From: Candidatus Hermodarchaeota archaeon
GTDB taxonomy: Archaea > Asgardarchaeota > Lokiarchaeia > Sigyniarchaeales > SOKP01
Assembly (NCBI GenBank): GCA_048885535.1
Contig: JBHLLO010000022.1
Coordinates: forward strand, 1-42,781
DNA length: 42,781 nt
Direction of reading: 5' to 3'
Both the position numbers and the translations under genes were made by a program. A model generated the notes under the pieces. That model saw only the letters and a list, made by a program, of their open reading frames with translations, had not been told where the DNA came from and did no database searches. Within the stretch, counting starts at the first letter, position 1; each line of letters opens with the position of its first letter. This document shows, piece after piece, positions 19,035 to 28,513 of the stretch.

Positions 19035-19086
19035 TTGATAAAATTTCTTTATATTATTGAGTAACTTAAAAAATATAGAAAATAAG

Positions 19087-19695
19087 TTAAACTCCGAATA
19101 TTTGTCTTAATTCAGAATAGATTTTTGATAATTCTGAAATTATATATGTGTTATTTTGCTGTAGATAATAATTAATGTATCCCGATAAGCCGTCGCTAGC
19201 TTTAATCCATTCCAGAAACGACTCAATTTCGTTCTTTAACTGCTGATCTATCCCAACTGCTCCTGAGGATTGGATTTGACCAACACTCTTACCTAATTGA
19301 GTACTATCATCCATATAATTCCTCTTAGAACTCAACTCAGCCAAAGTTCTCGAAGTATCCATTGTTGCACCCATAGGTTCCCCATCAGGCTCAAGATAAA
19401 CGATTATCTTATGTTCTTCATCTTTTGCCCCAATTATATGTCCTTCACCTTTTATTGATGTTGCTACCAGTCTTTCTGTAGTACATTGTAAAATAGAATA
19501 CTTTACTCCAGAAATCATTATAAATTGAGCATTCATACTATTCCAATTAGAGACTACTTTTGCTATATCTGGACTAATATCCCAATTATCTGTTGAGTAA
19601 AGAATATTATCTTTTCCTTGAATTACAGCTGCTGCTATGATACTAGGATCTTTTTGCATTAAATTGTAAATTGCTGTTGCTGGATCTATTGGCAT
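19087..19695 (-). CDS. Asgard profilin with C-terminal extension
   Basis: AAAVI...ILYSTDNWDI, W....QFIMISGVKYSILQCTTERLVATSIKGEGHIIGAK, the Loki-type profilin pattern; about 75 extra C-terminal residues. Confidence 0.85.
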   Translation of the reverse strand: MPIDPATAIYNLMQKDPSIIAAAVIQGKDNILYSTDNWDISPDIAKVVSNWNSMNAQFIMISGVKYSILQCTTERLVATSIKGEGHIIGAKDEEHKIIVYLEPDGEPMGATMDTSRTLAELSSKRNYMDDSTQLGKSVGQIQSSGAVGIDQQLKNEIESFLEWIKASDGLSGYINYYLQQNNTYIISELSKIYSELRQIFGV

Positions 19696-19799
19696 TTTAT
19701 TTCCTCAAATTTTAAGTAATTAAACTCCTTAAAAGAGAATATATTAATAATAATTTAATAGTATAAATATAATTATAAAATTTTTATTAAAATTTACGC

Positions 19800-20270
19800 T
19801 TATTCATTATTGTTTTCTGTTTTCTTAATATTAATTCTCCCAAATTTAAGTTTGTTTATTGAATTTTTATGATTAGGTGTCTTTTTACGGAAATTCATAA
19901 TATAATCCTTAAATGTTAGCTGATCTGAAAAAAAAAGCTTATGCTCTCTATCATTCTTTTTCATTTGTATGAAATGATCCTTTAGATTTTCTAAATTTTT
20001 AAACGGTTTTCCGCATATAGGGCAATTTAAAAATATCTCTTCTAAAAGGTATCTAGGTGTTTTAACAATCACTTTTTCCTTTTGTATTGATGTTTTAGAA
20101 AAACGATGGCAATAATGTTTGATGAGTTTACCATAGGGAGGGTATTGAAAAAAAACCTTGCTACCATGAGAACACTCCCAATACAATACATCTACACCAC
20201 ATCTTGGGCAAGATGTTTGAAATGAGCGGAGATAACAATGACTACCATGATATTTAGAATAATGTCGCAT
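19800..20270 (-). CDS. Zinc-finger protein (CxxC/Cys-His domain plus C2H2-like finger)
   Basis: CPRC..CSH..HYC and CPICGKPF..LENLKDH......H. Confidence 0.7.
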   Translation of the reverse strand: MRHYSKYHGSHCYLRSFQTSCPRCGVDVLYWECSHGSKVFFQYPPYGKLIKHYCHRFSKTSIQKEKVIVKTPRYLLEEIFLNCPICGKPFKNLENLKDHFIQMKKNDREHKLFFSDQLTFKDYIMNFRKKTPNHKNSINKLKFGRINIKKTENNNE

Positions 20271-20356
20271 TATATGACTCGAATAATTGATATAATTAAA
20301 AGTTTTTGATTCTTTTTTAAAATCAAAAAATAAAAAATATGATTATTATTAACTGA

Positions 20357-20384
20357 CAAACCTTTAAAACGCAAACATTTAAAT
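20357..20384 (+). promoter_or_regulatory. Tandem BRE/TATA-like elements upstream of tfb
   Basis: CAAACCTTTAAAA and CAAACATTTAAAT, 15 nt apart. Confidence 0.35.
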
Positions 20385-20438
20385 GTATGACTTTAATTAT
20401 AGAAATTAAAGCACTGAAATATTTATGGGTAGAAGTAT

Positions 20439-21368
20439 TTGGATCTTTCAATGCCTCAAAATAATATAAATTTGTGCCCAGAGTGTGGAAACATTGACGT
20501 AATTTCTGATGAGGCACGAGGGGAGATTATATGTAATGTATGTGGTTTAGTTTTAAGGCAAAAAGTTATTGATTCTGGTCCAGAATGGAGAGCATTCTCG
20601 TCAGAAGAAGCTAATAAGAAAGTAAGAGTCGGAGCCCCTACAACACTAACTTTACATGACAAAGGTTTAAGTACAATGATTGGATGGAAAAATAAAGACG
20701 CCTTTGGTAAAAGTATCAGCCCTAAAATGAAAGCTGAAGTATACAGATTAAGGAAATGGCATGTTAGAACACGTACTAATAAATCAATAGATCGCAACCT
20801 CGCATATGCAATGAATGAATTAGATAGATTTGCTTCGCAACTAAATTTATCAAAAGATATAAAAGAGTCAGCAGCCCATATATATCGAAAAATGGCTCAG
20901 AAGAATTTAATAAGAGGAAGATCGATTGAAGCAATGTTAATAGCATCAATTTACTTATCATGCCGATTGAACAATGTCCCAAAGACCCTAGACGATTTTT
21001 TAGAATTTGCAACTGTAGATAAAAAAAAAATCGCTAGATGCTATCGCCTGACACTAGGTGAATTAAAAATTAATATTCAAGTTTCTTCTCCTATTAATTT
21101 CATTCCACGTTTTTGTGCTGAATTAAAACTCTCTGGGAAAACTCAAAATCGAGCAGCTGAGCTTTTAAAGTTGGCAAAAAAGTACCATATAACAGCTGGC
21201 AAAGCTCCAACTGGTTTAGCTGGAGCTGCATTGTATGTGGCAGCTATACAGGAAGGTGAACGCCGTACTCAAAAGGAGATATCTTTAGCTGCCGGAGTTA
21301 CTGAAGCGACAATCCGTAACCGTTATAAAGAACTGCTAAATCATCTGAAATTTGAAATGAATATTTAA
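20439..21368 (+). CDS. tfb: Transcription initiation factor IIB (TFB)
   Basis: CPECG...GEIICNVCG zinc ribbon, IDSGPEWRAF B-reader, two cyclin repeats ending GVTEATIRNRYKEL. Confidence 0.97.
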   Translation: MDLSMPQNNINLCPECGNIDVISDEARGEIICNVCGLVLRQKVIDSGPEWRAFSSEEANKKVRVGAPTTLTLHDKGLSTMIGWKNKDAFGKSISPKMKAEVYRLRKWHVRTRTNKSIDRNLAYAMNELDRFASQLNLSKDIKESAAHIYRKMAQKNLIRGRSIEAMLIASIYLSCRLNNVPKTLDDFLEFATVDKKKIARCYRLTLGELKINIQVSSPINFIPRFCAELKLSGKTQNRAAELLKLAKKYHITAGKAPTGLAGAALYVAAIQEGERRTQKEISLAAGVTEATIRNRYKELLNHLKFEMNI

Positions 21369-21404
21369 CAGTTCTCAAAAAATGGTTATTCTATATTCAG
21401 AACT

Positions 21405-21554
21405 TTACCTGACTTTAATTCTTTTAATAACGTCCGGTCTTTTTTTAAAGAGTATACGGAAACCGCAGTGGGAACATTTGATACCAGGAAGAGCATTAAG
21501 TTCTTTTTTTGAAACTTCTTTCCCACAACTTTTTCTCGCACAAACATACTTCAT
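21405..21554 (-). CDS. rpo12: RNA polymerase subunit Rpo12 (RpoP), not in the ORF track
   Basis: Minus-strand 49-aa ORF MKYVCARKSCGKEVSKKELNALPGIKCSHCGFRILFKKRPDVIKRIKVR with the RpoP/RPB12 signature IKC..CG.RIL.K.RP. Confidence 0.92.
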   Translation of the reverse strand: MKYVCARKSCGKEVSKKELNALPGIKCSHCGFRILFKKRPDVIKRIKVR

Positions 21555-21604
21555 ATTTCCATAAAATATTCCATAATTAAAATATTTTTCTTAAAAATAA
21601 TTTA

Positions 21605-22420
21605 TTAAATATAAAGAGTTTTTTTCTTGTCATCTTTATCAGCAAACTGAAAGGTATCCAGATCTTTTTCTAATTGTTCCTTTTTAGTTTGTAAATTTTT
21701 TGTAATATCTTCAATATTTTCAAGAGAATATTTCTTTTTTATAGGAAGAGTAAACGATTTCTTAAGCATTTCTAATAGGATTATTGAAGCTTTCAAATCT
21801 GTAATATCTTCATTAATCATAGCAATATTATCTGTTTCTGCTAAAAGAACTATGCCATCTATGTCAAATCTTGCTTTTGCTAAAGTAGGTATTAGACCAT
21901 TAGCTCCAATAATGACACCTTTTTGAATTTTTTCACATTTATTATCAACTAAAAAATCATTAAGTAATTCTCGATTTGTAGAACTAGCATAAATTTTCGG
22001 AATTTTAGTATTCAATTTTCTACTATTCACAGGATAAGCCCCTAAAGCTATAATTAATTTGATACCATAATTATGGATAATTTCAGTTAAAAAGTTAGAT
22101 ATGTTATAAATCCCCTTTGGAGTTAAACTCTGAGCATCTGCTGTGATAAGAATTATATCTCTTAAGTTATTTGGGTCTTTCCAATATAAGATTTCTGCTT
22201 TTGGAGCCGATAATATGCTATCATCTACGATAGCTCCTGCAGGGTAATCGTCAAAAATAATATCCATAAAACTTTTAGCACTAAGTTGGCCAATCAGAGA
22301 ATCTAGAGCAAACTTTCCTACATCAGCAATACCAGGCATTCCCAGAATGCAAATTGGATTCTTTAAATCCTCTTTAGAAATGTCTAGATGCCTTATAATC
22401 CTTATTCCATTTTCAGACAT
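21605..22420 (-). CDS. PAC2-family (proteasome assembly chaperone-like) protein
   Basis: LKNPICILGMPGIADVGK, DIILITADAQ, IIALGAY, IIGANGLI, GIVLLAET. Confidence 0.87.
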   Translation of the reverse strand: MSENGIRIIRHLDISKEDLKNPICILGMPGIADVGKFALDSLIGQLSAKSFMDIIFDDYPAGAIVDDSILSAPKAEILYWKDPNNLRDIILITADAQSLTPKGIYNISNFLTEIIHNYGIKLIIALGAYPVNSRKLNTKIPKIYASSTNRELLNDFLVDNKCEKIQKGVIIGANGLIPTLAKARFDIDGIVLLAETDNIAMINEDITDLKASIILLEMLKKSFTLPIKKKYSLENIEDITKNLQTKKEQLEKDLDTFQFADKDDKKKTLYI

Positions 22421-22595
22421 TTTTATTTCTTAGCAATTAAATTATTATTATTAGAGTTAAAATCTTATCTTTAAAAATAGTGTGTTATCCAAATAGACAC
22501 ATGATTTACCGTTAAAGTAATACGAAAATAATATCACAAAGATTAATTGATAAAGAAATTTAGATAATATAGATGAGATAATATAATTCTTTTAA

Positions 22596-23219
22596 ATGCT
22601 TCAAACAGGAATCGCGGTGACTAAATTAAAATATAAATGTATGAAATGTGGAACATGCTGTCACGAAATTATTGAAAACCGAGGTTTAAAGAGAATACCT
22701 CTTTATCCAGAAGAAGTTGATAACTTAATAGATATAGCAAAAAAAAAAAAAATTATCTTTACAGTGATAGAGGATTTAGTTTTTCCTGATATAAAGAATC
22801 AGAAAATCCTTGTTATTACTTACAAGATTAATTTAGAAAACGCGGAAAATAAGTGTCCTTTTTTTGATAGAGTAAAGGGTTGTATAATTCATCAGATCAA
22901 ACCGTTATCATGTCAAGCATATCCATTAGCCTTAAAACGTATAGATGCTTTCAATTTTCAAATTTCAATAGATCCCTTATGTAATTTTGTAGTTGATAAT
23001 TATGAAGAACTAAAGAATATTAATAAGAAACAGTTAGAAGAAATTTTTTTGGAAGAATTTCCTAAAGCACATAAATTTTACTTAAAAAACAAGAAACTCC
23101 AATTAAAAATAAAGAAACTTGAATACCAGGAAAAAATAAAAATCCCGCGTAAAATTACCTTGGAAAAATTTAATGAATGTTTAAAAGAATGGGATAGGAA
23201 AGAAATTAATGTTAAATAA
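22596..23219 (+). CDS. YkgJ-family cysteine-cluster (Zn/Fe-S) protein
   Basis: CMKCGTCC, CPFF....GCIIH..KPLSCQAYP. Confidence 0.85.
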   Translation: MLQTGIAVTKLKYKCMKCGTCCHEIIENRGLKRIPLYPEEVDNLIDIAKKKKIIFTVIEDLVFPDIKNQKILVITYKINLENAENKCPFFDRVKGCIIHQIKPLSCQAYPLALKRIDAFNFQISIDPLCNFVVDNYEELKNINKKQLEEIFLEEFPKAHKFYLKNKKLQLKIKKLEYQEKIKIPRKITLEKFNECLKEWDRKEINVK

Positions 23220-23239
23220 ATTCATTTTATTAGAAGATT

Positions 23240-23878
23240 ATGATGAGAAAATTTATATCCTTACTCTCTCCCGGGTTAGATAGTCCAGTTGCAGCCTATT
23301 TAATGTTAAAGAAAAAATTTCATCCAGTATTTTTATCTTTTTTAACTTTTAATAATCAAAACATAGAGGTGAAGCAAGGAATTATTCAGATTGTGAAAAT
23401 TTTATCAAGATACACAAAAGGTAAGCTTAGGGTCTATTTCATAAATCACTCTTTAAATTTAAATACGATAAAACTCAATTGTGAAAGAAAGTTAACATGT
23501 ATCTTATGTAAACGATTGATGATCCAGATTGCTATGCAAATTGCTAGATTAGAAAAAACTAACATTATTATTACGGGAGATATCCTAGGAGAACAAGCCA
23601 GTCAGACATTAGATAATTTGTATTCCTATAATAACATTACCAATGGCAATATCATTGTTAGACCTTTAATCGGTTGGAATAAGTTAGATGTTATAGATTT
23701 AAATAAAAGAATGGGGTTATATGATTTGGTATCTAAATTATCAACTTCTTGTCGCTATAACCCTCAGTATCCTGAAACTCATGGAAAAGTAAAAGAAATT
23801 CAAATTAATGAATCAAAAATAGATATTTCAGCCACCATAAAAGAATCAATAAAATCTGCTGAATTATTTGAATTTTAA
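23240..23878 (+). CDS. ThiI-like PP-loop sulfurtransferase, catalytic domain only
   Basis: LLSPGLDSPVA, CILCKRLM, TGDILGEQASQTLDNL, RPLIG..K; no THUMP domain. Confidence 0.85.
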   Translation: MMRKFISLLSPGLDSPVAAYLMLKKKFHPVFLSFLTFNNQNIEVKQGIIQIVKILSRYTKGKLRVYFINHSLNLNTIKLNCERKLTCILCKRLMIQIAMQIARLEKTNIIITGDILGEQASQTLDNLYSYNNITNGNIIVRPLIGWNKLDVIDLNKRMGLYDLVSKLSTSCRYNPQYPETHGKVKEIQINESKIDISATIKESIKSAELFEF

Positions 23879-24259
23879 CTCTAAATCATCTATTAATTTC
23901 CTAAAATCATCATCATCGAATTCAACTTCTTTATATATTTCTAAAGTTTCACTAATGATTTGAGCTAAGATATGCTTACAAAAAACTCTCTTTCTTTTTA
24001 TAATTACACTCTTATAAAAATCTTGACAAGAACAATATAATTTTGGATAAATTATATGTTCACAATTTTCTCCTAAAGCTATCCAAACACATCGATTTGA
24101 TGGTTTATAGATATATTTAAAAATGCCTTTATTCAATACTTCAATAACTTTTTCAGCTTTATTTGGAAATATCTTCTCTAAAGAATTAATTAATTCTGTC
24201 TTATTCTTTCCTTTTTCCTTGATACTACCATAGAAATTACTAAAAAAATTATTAGTCAT
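23864..24259 (-). CDS. SWIM zinc-finger protein
   Basis: YCSCQDF-x11-CKHILA. Confidence 0.85.
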   Translation of the reverse strand: MTNNFFSNFYGSIKEKGKNKTELINSLEKIFPNKAEKVIEVLNKGIFKYIYKPSNRCVWIALGENCEHIIYPKLYCSCQDFYKSVIIKRKRVFCKHILAQIISETLEIYKEVEFDDDDFRKLIDDLELKFK

Positions 24260-24299
24260 ATATATTTCATATTATTAGTAGTAATAATTAGTAATAAGG

Positions 24300-25598
24300 A
24301 TGATTAATTTGAGTAATATTTTATATTTACCAACAAGATACTATCCAGCAATTTCAGGAGCAGAATTTTATATACAAAATATGGCTGAGATATTAACCTT
24401 TAAATACAAACAAACAATTGACATTTTCACATCAGAAGGAATAGATTTTAGAAGTCTAAGAGACTCAAAAGGTAAAAGCATTACAAAAAATAATAAATTG
24501 TATGCAGATGTAAATAAATTGAGAATCAATCGTTTTTCTATAAATTATAATCTCTCATTAACTGAGAAAATTAAAATGGTTGAAACTATCAATCAATATA
24601 AGAATTTGAAAATTACTCAGAAATCCTTATTAGAATATATAAAAAATGGACCTTTTTCATCTGACTTAATTGAGTATTTTCAAAACAATAAAAATGTAAA
24701 ATATGACTTAATTCATACTACTTTTTATCCCTACTTTAACCTTATAACTAGTTTAATTATAGGAAGAATTCTTCAAAAGCCTGTAATTTGTACACCCTTT
24801 TTTCATTTTTCAAATCCTCGTTATTTAAATTCCGATTTACTAATTGCCTTAAAAAAATTTGACAAAATAATCGCATGTACTAACTTAGAAAAAAGAAATT
24901 TAATAAAGTTATTAGAGATTCCCGAAACAAGGATAGAAGTTATTCCGATGGGGGTAGATTATAACAAATTTAATTATAATATCAAAAATAACAAGAAAGG
25001 TTACAACTTTAAACAAAATTTTTTCAAAAATGGTGAAAAGAAATACAAAATGGTACTTTTTTGTGGATATAAAAATTATGAAAAGGGAGCAATTTCAATC
25101 TTAAAGGCGATACCACTTATTACTAAAAGATTAAATAAAGTCTATTTTGTATTTATTGGACCTTCTACTATGGCTTTTAATCGAGAATTATCAAAAATAC
25201 AAAAAATATATAATATAAGGATTTTAAATTTTACACCGGATAATCTTACGGGATATTATGATAAGAAAAAGATAGCTGCTTTCAAAGAGGCGGATGTCTA
25301 CTTGATGCCTAGCAGAAGTGATGCTTTTGGAATAGCATTTTTAGAGGCTTGGGCTTCAAGAAAGCCAGTCATTGGAGCAAATATTGGTGCCACCCCTGAA
25401 ATAATAAGAAATAATTTCAATGGATTGTTAGTTGAATTTGATAATCCTAATGAGATTGCAGATAGAGTGATTTATCTTCTAAAAAGAAAGAGGAAAAGGA
25501 ATAAGTTAGGCTTACAAGGTCAGAAGATCGTAATTAAAAATTACAGTTGGGAAGAAGTAGCTAGAAAAACTAATGAACTTTATAGAAAATTAATTTAA
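24300..25598 (+). CDS. Glycosyltransferase family 4 (GT-B)
   Basis: YYPAISGAE, VIPMGVD, EKG, PSRSDAFGIAFLEAWA..KPVI. Confidence 0.92.
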   Translation: MINLSNILYLPTRYYPAISGAEFYIQNMAEILTFKYKQTIDIFTSEGIDFRSLRDSKGKSITKNNKLYADVNKLRINRFSINYNLSLTEKIKMVETINQYKNLKITQKSLLEYIKNGPFSSDLIEYFQNNKNVKYDLIHTTFYPYFNLITSLIIGRILQKPVICTPFFHFSNPRYLNSDLLIALKKFDKIIACTNLEKRNLIKLLEIPETRIEVIPMGVDYNKFNYNIKNNKKGYNFKQNFFKNGEKKYKMVLFCGYKNYEKGAISILKAIPLITKRLNKVYFVFIGPSTMAFNRELSKIQKIYNIRILNFTPDNLTGYYDKKKIAAFKEADVYLMPSRSDAFGIAFLEAWASRKPVIGANIGATPEIIRNNFNGLLVEFDNPNEIADRVIYLLKRKRKRNKLGLQGQKIVIKNYSWEEVARKTNELYRKLI

Positions 25599-25612
25599 TT
25601 GGGAAAAACAAA

Positions 25613-26833
25613 ATGAAAAAAATTGCTGGTAATCCATATTTAATTAAGCAAGGAGAAAAATTAACAATAGACTCAATAGAAATATCTGAGATGTTAAAGA
25701 GGTCAAAAACACCCTTTTTTATATTTATAGAAGATAGGATTAGAGAAAATGTCAGAAATTTCTCCAGGGTCTTTAAATCCTTGTTTAATAATACTCAAGT
25801 ATTTTATTCATTTAAAGCTAACTTTCTTCCAGAAATATGCAAGATAATTCAGTCTGAGGGAATGGGGGCTGAATTAGTTGGATTACCAGAGCTAAAACTA
25901 GCTTTAGAAATTGGATTCTCTCCAGAAAAAGTTATTATTGGAGGTCCTTACCTAACTAAAGAACTAATTGAAATAAGCATAAATAAGGAAGTAAAAGAGA
26001 TTGTTGTATACGATTTAAAGTATCTTAAGAAAATAAATGATATTGCTCAAAAATTAAATAAAGTACAGGAAGTATGTTTGAGAGTTAGATCCCAAAAATA
26101 TGCTAGTAAATTGGGTATTGTACTAACTGAAAATATTTTAACTCAATTAAAGAAATATGAGAAGAATTTCAAAAACATCAGCTTAAGTTCCATTTTATCC
26201 CACTATACTACTCAAATGAATAGCCTAGAGCAATTTAACAAAAATATATTAAGTTTAGTTAATAATTATAAAAAACTTTCGCAGAAAGGAATAGATATAA
26301 AAAATATAAATCTTGGTGGTGGATTTCCTGAGGCTTCTATTATGTCAGAGCAAGAGTTAATGAAAGTGGCTCTTAACATAAAACAACAATTAATAGATTA
26401 TGATTTAGAAGGTAAGAAAATATATTTTGAACCTGGTCGATATTTTGTTGGAGATTCTGGAGTAATAATTGCTAAAATAATAAGGCACACAAACAATAGA
26501 TGGATTTTTTTAAACATTGGGAACCATATTTGCCCTAAATTTGCCAAAAATTCATTAAGATTTTATAATATATCACAAATTAATAAACCCCATAAATACA
26601 AAACTTCAATAGGAGGTATATTACCCTTAGATCAAGATGTATTGGCTAAAGATTATTTTTTTACTAAAGAGATAAATAATGGTGAATTTGTATTAATAAC
26701 CAATGTAGGTGCGTATACTCTTACTTTTTCTAATCGATTTCCTTACAGTTTGCCAAACATATTTCTTATAAAGGAAAAACACTTTAGACAAATTTTTAAT
26801 GTTGAATATGACCACGATTTCTCTTTGTTTTGA
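25613..26833 (+). CDS. Fold-type III PLP enzyme, diaminopimelate/ornithine decarboxylase family (atypical)
   Basis: TPFF, YSFKAN (PLP lysine), SKLG, INLGGGFP, FEPGRY, NVGAYT; lacks the usual CE..D cysteine motif. Confidence 0.75.
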   Translation: MKKIAGNPYLIKQGEKLTIDSIEISEMLKRSKTPFFIFIEDRIRENVRNFSRVFKSLFNNTQVFYSFKANFLPEICKIIQSEGMGAELVGLPELKLALEIGFSPEKVIIGGPYLTKELIEISINKEVKEIVVYDLKYLKKINDIAQKLNKVQEVCLRVRSQKYASKLGIVLTENILTQLKKYEKNFKNISLSSILSHYTTQMNSLEQFNKNILSLVNNYKKLSQKGIDIKNINLGGGFPEASIMSEQELMKVALNIKQQLIDYDLEGKKIYFEPGRYFVGDSGVIIAKIIRHTNNRWIFLNIGNHICPKFAKNSLRFYNISQINKPHKYKTSIGGILPLDQDVLAKDYFFTKEINNGEFVLITNVGAYTLTFSNRFPYSLPNIFLIKEKHFRQIFNVEYDHDFSLF

Positions 26834-26948
26834 AATCATGCCCTCATAATTTATTATTAGATTAGATAATACGTGAATAACATATGAATTCTAATTTTTT
26901 TGTTTTAATACTTCAGTAAGATAAAATTAAACTAAGGATAATTTATAA

Positions 26949-28055
26949 ATGGAATCGTTAATCAGAAATGCTCGGAAAAGGGAAACAATTAAGCCTATAA
27001 AGGAGAATTATGGGTATGCTAATATAAAGATTGTTGGCTGTGGTGGTGCAGGAAATAACACTATAGATCGTCTGATGAAGATCGGAATTAGAGGTGCAAA
27101 ATGTGTAGCTCTTAATACAGATTGTCAACATCTAGATATGGTTGAAGCTCATATAAAAATATTGATTGGAAAGAATTTAACTAGAGGATTAGGTGCAGGT
27201 GGAAATCCAGAAATAGGACGTGCCGCAGCAGAAGAATCAAGAGAAGATTTGACGAAAGTTTTAAGAGAATCAAACTTAGTGTTTATAACATGTGGAGAAG
27301 GTGGTGGAACGGGCACAGGAAGTGCTCCAATTGTTGCTGAGATTGCAAAGTTAGAGGGTGCAATTGTGGTTGGAGTAGTAACTCTACCATTTGATACTGA
27401 AATTGGTCGTATTGATAAAGCTCAAATAGGTTTAAATGAACTAAAGAATTATGCAGATACTTTGGTGGTTATTGATAATAACCGTTTGTTAGAAATTGCA
27501 CCAGATTTACCAATTATAGAGGCTTTTAGTGTGGCTGATGAAGTTTTAGCGACAATGGTTAAAGGTATTACTGAAACAATTTCTCTTCCATCGTTAATAA
27601 ATTTAGATTTTGCAGATGTCCGTACAATTTTAAGTACTGGAGGGGTAGCTATTGTTGGTGTGGGCGAATCTGGGGAGAGGGAAAATCGTGTGAGTGAAGC
27701 CATTGAAGATGCTCTTAGCTCTCCTCTGCTAGATGTTTCTATAGATGGTGCAAAAGGAGCATTAATCCATATTTGTGGAGGAAATGATATGACATTAGCA
27801 GAAGCAAATTCAGTAGCGAAAAAGATCACAGAGAAGATGGATGTAAATGATTCAATGGTAATATGGGGTGCTAGGGTAAACGACGAATATGATGGATATT
27901 TAAGAGTTATGCTTCTAATTACAGGAATCAAATCTCCTCAAATTTTTGGAAAAAGCAATGCTTATGAAGCCACAATTTCCAATAAACAAACGCCTAAGCA
28001 AAAAATTGGATTATCTGATGATATCTTCAATATAGGAGAAATAACTTTTGATTAA
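26949..28055 (+). CDS. ftsZ: Cell division protein FtsZ
   Basis: VGCGGAGNN, LNTD, GLGAGGNP, GGGTGTG, LINLDFAD (T7 loop), VIWGA. Confidence 0.97.
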   Translation: MESLIRNARKRETIKPIKENYGYANIKIVGCGGAGNNTIDRLMKIGIRGAKCVALNTDCQHLDMVEAHIKILIGKNLTRGLGAGGNPEIGRAAAEESREDLTKVLRESNLVFITCGEGGGTGTGSAPIVAEIAKLEGAIVVGVVTLPFDTEIGRIDKAQIGLNELKNYADTLVVIDNNRLLEIAPDLPIIEAFSVADEVLATMVKGITETISLPSLINLDFADVRTILSTGGVAIVGVGESGERENRVSEAIEDALSSPLLDVSIDGAKGALIHICGGNDMTLAEANSVAKKITEKMDVNDSMVIWGARVNDEYDGYLRVMLLITGIKSPQIFGKSNAYEATISNKQTPKQKIGLSDDIFNIGEITFD

Positions 28056-28458
28056 ATCAAATTTCATCACTCTTTATAAACTCCTTTCTATACATAATTG
28101 CATGGAATATAAATTTACTCCTTATATAGAGGATAATATCCAAAAATTATTATCTTATCTTGATGATTGGAAAGGACTATTTTCCATAAAATTGAATTAT
28201 TATGAAGAAGGATGGGCAATCTCTCTTAGAGAAAAAAGCATTTACGCCCGCTATATTGTTATCTTTAAACCATATGATTTGAATCAATATTCTCTTAAAA
28301 GTTTTGAAATTCATTTTGATATTAATAATAATGAAGCTCTAAGAGAAATTTATTTTAATAAGGATATCTATACCTTAAATGCGTTGTATACTGAAGTTAA
28401 AGAAGTTATTTTTGGGAAAGACATTGCTGATAAAATTTTAAGGGATTTTCATAAATGA
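28048..28458 (+). CDS. Hypothetical protein downstream of ftsZ
   Basis: ORF overlapping the ftsZ stop (TTG start; a later ATG is possible); no motif recognised. Confidence 0.6.
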   Translation: MIKSNFITLYKLLSIHNCMEYKFTPYIEDNIQKLLSYLDDWKGLFSIKLNYYEEGWAISLREKSIYARYIVIFKPYDLNQYSLKSFEIHFDINNNEALREIYFNKDIYTLNALYTEVKEVIFGKDIADKILRDFHK

Positions 28459-28513
28459 TTTATTCTTAAGTTAATTTCAGAACTCTTCTAAACTCAAAAC
28501 CTGAAGATATACG

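Noticed and set aside
21382-21564. 60-aa plus-strand ORF
   Set aside because: Shadow of the real rpo12 gene on the minus strand.
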